From: an uncultured Thermomicrobiales bacterium
GTDB taxonomy: Bacteria; Chloroflexota; Chloroflexia; Thermomicrobiales; CADCWN01
Length of the DNA stretch: 63,090 nucleotides
Assembly (NCBI GenBank): GCA_902806415.1
Contig: CADCWN010000022.1
Coordinates: forward strand, 1-63,090
Reading direction: 5' to 3'
Under the pieces are notes generated by a model. The model did not search any database, had not been told where the DNA came from, and saw only the letters and a program-made list of their open reading frames with translations. Both the position numbers and the translations under genes were made by a program. This document shows, piece by piece, positions 56,569-63,090 of the stretch. Every line of letters starts with the position of its first letter. The first letter of the stretch is position 1.

Positions 56569-57987
56569 CTAGCGTGTCGGCCCGCGCCGGCCCGGCGACA
56601 GGCGGGCTTGCACGCCCCTGAGCGTCTGCCGCGCGGCGGTGCGCCAGGGGTGTCGCCGCCAATCGCCGAGTGTGGCGTCGAGCGCGGCGAGCTGCGACCC
56701 TTGGTCTCGCCAGGCCGCCTCGACCCGCTCGGCATAGGCGCGGCGATCCTCGGCGGCGGCGACATTGCTGGCGAGCTCGATCGTCGTCTCCGCCAGGCGT
56801 TGGACCAGTTCCGGGACGAGCGCGCGCGGGCTGAGGGGGCCGGGCTGTCGGCGCGTCGGCGCGGCGCAGAAAGCGGTCAGCGGCGCGATCGTGCGATCCC
56901 AGGTCAACCGTTCGCGGGCGAGGCGCCGCGCCGCCCGCCCGCGCGCGGCGAGTTCTTCCGGCTCATCGAGGGCCGTTGCGAGCGCCGCCGCGAGCGCTGC
57001 GCTGTCACCCGGTGCGACGACGAATCCGGCCCCATACTCGCGGATCAGCGGCGACAACTCGGCGTAGTCGCCGTAGAGCGGGGGCAGCCCGGCGTGGAGG
57101 AAATCGACCGTGCGCGTGTTGAAGGCCAATTCGCGCTCGACCGTCCGCTCGAAGAGATCGAGCGCCAGATCGGCGGTGCGATACGCCTCGCGCAGCACGT
57201 CGTAGGGCAGGACGCCGCCGAAGGTGACGCGTGGGTGGTCGCGAATCCGCCCTTGGAGCCGGGCGAACCAGGCCGCGCCCTGCGAATGGACGGGGTGGGC
57301 CTCGGCGTGGATGAGCAGACGCCCGCGTCCGCGCCGCTCGATCGCGTCGAGCGCCGCCAGGAGCGCGCGCGAGGGGTCCTGCCAGGCGTAGACCATCCCC
57401 GCGTAGAGGATTTGCGGCTCCGCGTGCGGCGGCGCGTCTGGTCGCCCCTGCGGGTCGCAGCTGATCGGCACGACGGCGAGCCGCGTCAGGCAATCATCGG
57501 GGCTGAAGCCGCCGAGGAGCAGCCAGGGCTGGAAGTAGGGGCGCTGGCGCTCGCCCGCGCAAATGACATAATCCGCGCGGGCCAGGGCGTCGGTCTTGAG
57601 GTGGGCGAGCGCGGCCCCTTTGTCCCAGCCCTGCGCCAGGAATTCCAGCAGCAGCGGCCCGGCGAGATCGACGACCAGCGGCACCGGGCAGAGACGGATC
57701 TGCCCGGCGAGGATCCAACTCGACGCGACGACGACGTCCGGCGCGACCCGCGCGATCGCCGCGTCCACGTCGGCCCACTCGTAGGTCAGCGGCAGGGCCG
57801 CCGCGCGCGCTCCCGCCGCGATCGGGATCAGTTGCTCGTCCAGACTGTGGCGCGGGAAGAGGAGGGTGACGGTGTGACCGGCGGTTTCCAGGCCGCGCGC
57901 GAGCGTCCAGGCGCGCAGCCCCCCACCGTTCGTCGGCAGGCCGGGGAGGGGGATGATCGAGTTGGCGAGGACGAGTACCTTGCTCAT
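56569..57987 (-). CDS. GT4 glycosyltransferase with C-terminal coiled-coil tail
   Basis: GGGLRAW, ERQR, ERELAFNTRTVD motifs; paralog of the adjacent gene. Confidence 0.85.
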   Translation of the reverse strand: MSKVLVLANSIIPLPGLPTNGGGLRAWTLARGLETAGHTVTLLFPRHSLDEQLIPIAAGARAAALPLTYEWADVDAAIARVAPDVVVASSWILAGQIRLCPVPLVVDLAGPLLLEFLAQGWDKGAALAHLKTDALARADYVICAGERQRPYFQPWLLLGGFSPDDCLTRLAVVPISCDPQGRPDAPPHAEPQILYAGMVYAWQDPSRALLAALDAIERRGRGRLLIHAEAHPVHSQGAAWFARLQGRIRDHPRVTFGGVLPYDVLREAYRTADLALDLFERTVERELAFNTRTVDFLHAGLPPLYGDYAELSPLIREYGAGFVVAPGDSAALAAALATALDEPEELAARGRAARRLARERLTWDRTIAPLTAFCAAPTRRQPGPLSPRALVPELVQRLAETTIELASNVAAAEDRRAYAERVEAAWRDQGSQLAALDATLGDWRRHPWRTAARQTLRGVQARLSPGRRGPTR

Positions 57988-58042
57988 CGAACGCCCCGAC
58001 GGTGCGGCAGGCCGCGCGCGATTCGGCCAATGTGGGTCGCGC

Positions 58043-59494
58043 TCATGCGGGGCGCTGACCATCCCGCGCGCGCCCCGCACGATCCCCAAGAGTCTGCCGG
58101 AAGGCCGACCGCCAGGGCGAGCGTCGCCACCCGGCGGCGGCCTCGCCCGCCGCCAGCGCCGCGCCGCGTTCTTGCCAGGCCGTCTCGACGTGGCGGGCAT
58201 AGGCTTCGCGCTCTTCCGCGAGCGTTCGCCAGTGTGCAGCCTCTGCCTGGGCTGCGGCGAGTTCCGTCGTTGGGGTGGTGGGTGTCGGCGGGAGCAGCGC
58301 GGCGAGATCGAGCGCCTGTGTATCTCGCGTGCGTCGCGTCGGCGTCGCACACCAGCGCGCCAGCGGGGCGACGGTGCGATCCCAGGTGAGGAGATCGTCC
58401 ACCAGTCGGCGCGCGGCGCGGCGACGTCGCGCCAGCGCCGCCGGCTCGTCGAGCGCCTCGCCGACGGCGGCGGCGACCTCCACCGGATCGCCGGGATCGA
58501 CGACGATGCCGGCTTCGTAGCGCGCGATCGGCCCCGCCAATTCCGCGTAGTCGCTGTAGAGCGGCGGCAGCCCGCAGGCGAGATAGTCGACCGTGCGCGT
58601 GTTAAACGCCAACTCGCGCTCGGGATTGCGGGCGAAGAGATCGAAGGCGAGGTCGGCCCCGCGATAGATCGCGAGTAGTTCGGCGTAGGGGCGCAGCTGC
58701 CCTTCGTGGAGTCGGAGGCGCGGGCGGGTTTGCGCTTGCTCGCGGATCCAGGCCAACCAGCGGACCCCGCGCGAATGCTCGGGATGGGCGTAGAGGTAGA
58801 GATCGAGGGTGCCGGAACCGCGCCGCTCGATCGTTTCCAGCGTGGCCTGGAGGGGCGGCAGCGGGTCTTGCCACGGCAGTGCGACCCCGGCGAAGAGGAT
58901 CGACGGCTCCCCATGCTGCGGCGCGGTCGTCTCCGCCACCGAATCGGGCGCGGTCGAGATCGGCACCGTGGCGACGCGCGCGGCCAGGTCGCCCTGATCG
59001 AACCCGGCCAGGATCAGCCAGGGGTAGAAATAGGCCCGTTGCCGCTCCCCGGCGCAGGTGATGAAGTCCGCCGCCGCGAGGCCGCGCGGCTTCAGCGGTG
59101 CGAATGCCCGCGCCTTCGCCCGGTCCTGATAGAGGAATTCGAGCAGGATCGGCCCCGCCAGATCGACCGCCAGCGGCACCGGGCAGGGGCCGAGCTGGGC
59201 CGCGAGGAACCAGCTGCAGCAGACGACCACATCCGGCTGGTGCCGGCGGATCGCCGCACCGGGATCGGCCCAGGAGAAGGTGTGCGGTCGGGCGGCGGCG
59301 ATGGCGTCCGGGTCGAGCCCCGGCGCGAGCGCTTCCAACGGCTCGACTGGGAAGACGAGGGTGACCGCCAACCCGGCGGCTTCCAGGCCGCGCGCGATTG
59401 TCCAGCCGCGCACCCCGCCGCCGACCGTCGACAAGCCGGGCAGCGGCACGACCTCGGTCGCCATGACCAGGACGCGCGGCGCGCGGGCGCTCAT
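58043..59494 (-). CDS. GT4 glycosyltransferase with C-terminal coiled-coil tail
   Basis: GGGVRGW, ERQR, ERELAFNTRTVDY motifs. Confidence 0.85.
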   Translation of the reverse strand: MSARAPRVLVMATEVVPLPGLSTVGGGVRGWTIARGLEAAGLAVTLVFPVEPLEALAPGLDPDAIAAARPHTFSWADPGAAIRRHQPDVVVCCSWFLAAQLGPCPVPLAVDLAGPILLEFLYQDRAKARAFAPLKPRGLAAADFITCAGERQRAYFYPWLILAGFDQGDLAARVATVPISTAPDSVAETTAPQHGEPSILFAGVALPWQDPLPPLQATLETIERRGSGTLDLYLYAHPEHSRGVRWLAWIREQAQTRPRLRLHEGQLRPYAELLAIYRGADLAFDLFARNPERELAFNTRTVDYLACGLPPLYSDYAELAGPIARYEAGIVVDPGDPVEVAAAVGEALDEPAALARRRRAARRLVDDLLTWDRTVAPLARWCATPTRRTRDTQALDLAALLPPTPTTPTTELAAAQAEAAHWRTLAEEREAYARHVETAWQERGAALAAGEAAAGWRRSPWRSAFRQTLGDRAGRARDGQRPA

Positions 59495-60612
59495 CCCGCG
59501 CGCTGGGCGCGACGGCGCAGGGTCGCTAGCAGCGCCCGCGCCAACTTCGGCGCGCGGGCGCGCAGCTGATTCTTCAGCGGGTTCGCCCGCCGCAGCGCCC
59601 GGTCGAGTTCTCCCGCGTGGGCGGCGAGGCCGCTGTGGGCCGCTTCGAGTTGCGCGACGCGCTCTTCCAGGCGCAGGGCGTAGGTCTCGGCGTCGTAGAA
59701 TTGGCGCTCGATACTCTCGCGGTAGGCGGGCGTGGCCGAGAGTAACTCGTCCAGGTGTTCGGCCCACTCGTCGCCGAAGTGGCCGTGCAGCCCCTGCTCC
59801 AGTCCCGCGACGAAGTAGTAGTCGAGTGCCGCGCCGTAGAACCGGCGCGGGACACCCGGATTCCGCAGCCCGGCCACCCCCGCCTCGACCGCCAGCGCGG
59901 GATGTTTCGTCACCGCGTAGGCGGCCGAGCGACCGTTGACGACCTGGCTGCGGAGCATCCCCTCCAGGCGCATCTCGTGGAGGTGATAGATGATCGCCTC
60001 GCGGTCGTAGGCCAGCCGCACCCCGGCCTTGTGGAGGCGGTAGCCCAACTCGATATCCTCGTAGGCGGCGGCGGGGAAACCCTCGTCGAAGCCCCCGACC
60101 GCGAGCAGATCGGCCCGCCAGGCGGAGACATTGGCGGTGTAGAAGCAGCGGAATGTCGCGTCCGCCGGGTCGGTGATCTGCGCGAAGTTGAAGCGGTAGC
60201 CGGGCGCGAGGAACGCCATGAACGGCGTCACCGCGACCTCCGGGTGCCACGCGATGTAACCGATCGTCGCCACGCCTTGCCTCGACGAGGCGCGGTGCCG
60301 CGCCAGCAGATGCGGGTCGGGGACGCAGTCGTCGTCGGTCAGCGCGACGAGCGGCGCTCGGGCGGCACCGATCCCCATATTGCGCGCGGCGGCGGGGCCT
60401 TTCTTCTCCTGGCGCAGGTAGCGCAGCGCGTAGGGCGCGGTCTCGGCGAAGGCGCGAACCCGGTCGGGCGTCCCATCGTCCGAGGCGTCGTCGCAGACGA
60501 TCACCTCGAATTGGTCGAGGCCGATCGTCTGCTCGCGGTAGCCTTCCAGCACCCGGCTGAGCTGCGCCCAGCGGTTATGCGTCGGCATCACCACGCTGAC
60601 TTGCAACGCCAT
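59491..60612 (-). CDS. GT2 glycosyltransferase with coiled-coil tail
   Basis: SVVMPTHN, DDAS, AARN, DDD, GGFDE..ED.ELG.R motifs. Confidence 0.9.
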   Translation of the reverse strand: MALQVSVVMPTHNRWAQLSRVLEGYREQTIGLDQFEVIVCDDASDDGTPDRVRAFAETAPYALRYLRQEKKGPAAARNMGIGAARAPLVALTDDDCVPDPHLLARHRASSRQGVATIGYIAWHPEVAVTPFMAFLAPGYRFNFAQITDPADATFRCFYTANVSAWRADLLAVGGFDEGFPAAAYEDIELGYRLHKAGVRLAYDREAIIYHLHEMRLEGMLRSQVVNGRSAAYAVTKHPALAVEAGVAGLRNPGVPRRFYGAALDYYFVAGLEQGLHGHFGDEWAEHLDELLSATPAYRESIERQFYDAETYALRLEERVAQLEAAHSGLAAHAGELDRALRRANPLKNQLRARAPKLARALLATLRRRAQRAG

Positions 60613-60656
60613 CCCCGCCCCTTTACTCCCGTTGCCACGCCCATAGCTGGTCGGCA

Positions 60657-60685
60657 ACTATAGGTAATCGCCCATCCTTTGGCAA
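60657..60685 (-). promoter_or_regulatory. Sigma-70 promoter
   Basis: TTGCCA-N17-TATAGT upstream of the GT2 gene. Confidence 0.6.
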
Positions 60686-60749
60686 GCGCGCCCGCGCGAT
60701 CACGCCTATCGGTCGGGGTATCCCCGTTGCGCGCGGCCGCTGTGGGCGA

Positions 60750-61955
60750 CTATCGCCCGGACTTGCCTGACAGCGGGCGTGGGCGAGCGAGGATCGTCTC
60801 GTAGACCTCGCGCGTGTGCGTGGCAGCCCGCTCCCACGAGAAAAGTCTCGCCCGCGCTATCCCGCGCGTGATGAGGTCTTGTCGCAACGTGTCGTTCGAG
60901 AGCACGCGCCCAATCGCCCGCGCGAGGTCGCCGGTCGCGGTCGGCTCCACGGTCAGCGCCGCATCGCCCACCACCTCCGGCAGCGACGAAGTGTTACTCG
61001 TCACCACCGGCGTCCCGCAGGCCATCGCCTCCAACGGTGGCAGACCGAAGCCTTCGTAGAGCGAAGGATAGACGAAAGCGGCGGCGGCGCTGTAGATGGC
61101 CGGTAGGTCGTCCTCCGGCACATAGCCGGTCGCGATCACCTCCGTCTCCAAACCATAGCCCTGAATGGCGGCGAATATCTCCGACTCGCGCCAGAGCGTC
61201 TTGCCGACGAGCACCAGCTTGGCCGTGATCCGCCCGTCGCGGCGCAGCGCGGCGAATGCCTCGATTAGCCGCCGTAGATTCTTGCGGGGTTGGAGATTGC
61301 CCACGGCGAGCAGGTAGGCGTCTGGCAGCCGATAGTGCTGGCGTATGGCCGCGATGCGGGCGGCATCCCGCTCCGGGCGGAAGCGCGCCTCCAGCCCGTT
61401 GGGGATCGCCACAACTTTCGCCGGATCCAGCCGGTAACGCTTCAGGATGTCGCCGCGCGCGTGTTCCGAGACGGTGAGGACCCGATCGGCCCGCCGCATC
61501 GAGAGCGGCACGGCGAGCGAGAGGAGGAGCCGATCGCGCGGCGAGAACGTTTCCGGCAAGATCAAGTAGGAGATGTCGTGGACCGTGACGACCGTGCGGC
61601 AGGGGAGGGCGGGCGGCAGGGTGTAGGTGACATGGAGGAGATCGAGCCGATCGCGGCGCGCGGCGCGCGGCATCCCCCACAGCAGGCGCGGGATATTCGC
61701 CCCCGGCGCGATCCGGCGCGGGCGGAAGCGACCCCCGACCATCGCCGGGGGCAGGAGCGCCGGATCGGTCGTGTAGAGCGCATACTCGTTGCGCCCATCG
61801 ATCTGCCGCAGGCCGCCGACGAGACCGCGCACATAGGTCTCGTTGCCGGTCTCGTGGGTGCCGACCATGTGCGCGTCGATGGCGATGCGGTGTGGTGGCA
61901 CGAGCTGATCATCCTCGCCAGCTTGCTGAGTGGGAGGTGAAGGATAGTGCGGCAT
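60750..61955 (-). CDS. GT4 glycosyltransferase (mannosyltransferase-like)
   Basis: TVHD, PRKN, PSLYEGFGLPPLEAMACG motifs. Confidence 0.92.
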   Translation of the reverse strand: MPHYPSPPTQQAGEDDQLVPPHRIAIDAHMVGTHETGNETYVRGLVGGLRQIDGRNEYALYTTDPALLPPAMVGGRFRPRRIAPGANIPRLLWGMPRAARRDRLDLLHVTYTLPPALPCRTVVTVHDISYLILPETFSPRDRLLLSLAVPLSMRRADRVLTVSEHARGDILKRYRLDPAKVVAIPNGLEARFRPERDAARIAAIRQHYRLPDAYLLAVGNLQPRKNLRRLIEAFAALRRDGRITAKLVLVGKTLWRESEIFAAIQGYGLETEVIATGYVPEDDLPAIYSAAAAFVYPSLYEGFGLPPLEAMACGTPVVTSNTSSLPEVVGDAALTVEPTATGDLARAIGRVLSNDTLRQDLITRGIARARLFSWERAATHTREVYETILARPRPLSGKSGR

Positions 61956-61992
61956 CAGATTTCCATTGCTTGCGGTATGTTCACCGTCTTCC

Positions 61993-63090
61993 TCATGGTA
62001 TCGCCGTACCCGACAGGACCTCGCTCACCTCAACATCGGTGAACCAGGCTTTGCCGGGGCCATTCACGCGTAACCAGATCGTCGCCGCAGTGGTGCCGGG
62101 CGCCGCCGTAACCAGGAATGACCCGGTTGCCCACTCACCGGTTGTTGGGACAACGTAACCCGCGCCCGATGGGAAGTAGTCTTCGGTCGCGCCGCGCGTC
62201 TGCAAGTACACACGCTGTACCCCAGGCGACGCCTCGTTCCGATAGCGGAAGCGGACCAGGTACTGTTTCCCGCCCGAGAGCGGCAATTCTTGGATAACCG
62301 TCATCGAGTAGTTCGGATCCGCGCCGCGCGGACCGAGGATCACCAGTGCCACGCCTTCCTCCCCCTGCTCGACCCTGATGCTCGGACTGGACCCGGATGT
62401 TTGTTTCCAGGCCGCTCGTTCCTTCTCGGTTGTGGCGGCGAAGTTCCCGTTGACGAGCAGATTCGGCCCTACCTTCGGCGGGGCCTGGCGTACGAGCTTG
62501 AGCCCGTCGATTACGATCCCTTGGCGGCTCGCACCATCGGCATACTCCGGCGGTCGATAGACGAGGTAGGTGTCGAGATCGGCGCGGTTGACCGGCGGTT
62601 GACCCTGCAGGCCGAGCAAGTAGCGGTATGGGCTGCTATCGTGCTCGATGCTGCCCGAGGCTGTCAGAAGTCGAAAATTATATGGTCGCCCATTCGTTGT
62701 GGCAAGAATCCGATCGGTCACTCGCTCCACCGCGCCGAGCGAGCCGTCGCTCGAAGTCGCCGTGCGTAAACCACTCAATTCGCTGCCGAATTGTTGATTG
62801 ATCAGCAATCCTACCGTCAGAGCCACCAGGACTGCTACCAGGGGGTGAATGCGCCGAAGAATATCCGCACCCAGCCCGATTAACAGGAACGGAAGAGGGA
62901 GAAGTATGAGCGCGTAATGTATGTGCAACGATCTGGGCCAGAAGCTATACAACAAACTTGTTGCTAACCATAATAGGAGGATAGCGGCTCCATGCTGGAC
63001 CACTCTTCGGCGTAACCACCAGAAAAGAGCGGTGATTCCCAAGAGGGCTAGCCAGCGTGGCAGATCCGCTTTCGTAGCGAATGGTCCGAA
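61993..63090 (-). CDS. Membrane protein (probable GT-C/ArnT-like) with C-terminal carbohydrate-binding beta-sandwich; 5' end outside the window
   Basis: Frame is open to the window end; TM helices, then an NLLVNGNF...WFTDVEV CBM-like domain. Confidence 0.7.
   Translation of the reverse strand, partial: FGPFATKADLPRWLALLGITALFWWLRRRVVQHGAAILLLWLATSLLYSFWPRSLHIHYALILLPLPFLLIGLGADILRRIHPLVAVLVALTVGLLINQQFGSELSGLRTATSSDGSLGAVERVTDRILATTNGRPYNFRLLTASGSIEHDSSPYRYLLGLQGQPPVNRADLDTYLVYRPPEYADGASRQGIVIDGLKLVRQAPPKVGPNLLVNGNFAATTEKERAAWKQTSGSSPSIRVEQGEEGVALVILGPRGADPNYSMTVIQELPLSGGKQYLVRFRYRNEASPGVQRVYLQTRGATEDYFPSGAGYVVPTTGEWATGSFLVTAAPGTTAATIWLRVNGPGKAWFTDVEVSEVLSGTAIP

Overview
A GC-rich bacterial chromosomal window, mostly housekeeping and cell-envelope genes. 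The lineage is probably Chloroflexota (Thermomicrobia-like); this is inferred from gene style, SLH-type modules and Thr/Pro-rich lipoproteins, not from a search. About 50 CDS: a three-domain peptidoglycan hydrolase (NlpC/P60 + SLT + M23), a HIT protein, a heterodimeric ABC exporter with MarR, an M14 peptidase, moeA, rpoN, an HspR-like MerR regulator, argS with arginase, a CCA-adding enzyme, a Ser/Thr kinase, a PHP/PimA-like/PIP-synthase-like lipid operon, gltX, secDF, a GT2/YdjC/GT-C/methyltransferase operon, an HTH-hemH-hemQ-hmuTUV heme operon, an S8 protease and a surface-glycan glycosyltransferase cluster. No rRNA, tRNA, CRISPR array, transposase or prophage was seen. The most interesting signals are mainly non-coding: (1) a candidate ~75-nt ECF-promoter-driven sRNA with anti-Shine-Dalgarno C-rich loops (331-405); (2) a sigma-54 with a CxxC-x8-CxxC insert, plus four near-consensus -24/-12 promoters; (3) five intergenic hairpins built from inverted 7-8-mer tandem repeats, each with a different unit, mostly wedged between a stop codon and the next RBS; (4) a structured 5' leader on the hydrolase gene; (5) a possible porphyrin/heme salvage operon with an unusual regulator. 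Three genes carry single-base lesions that could be real or assembly errors.
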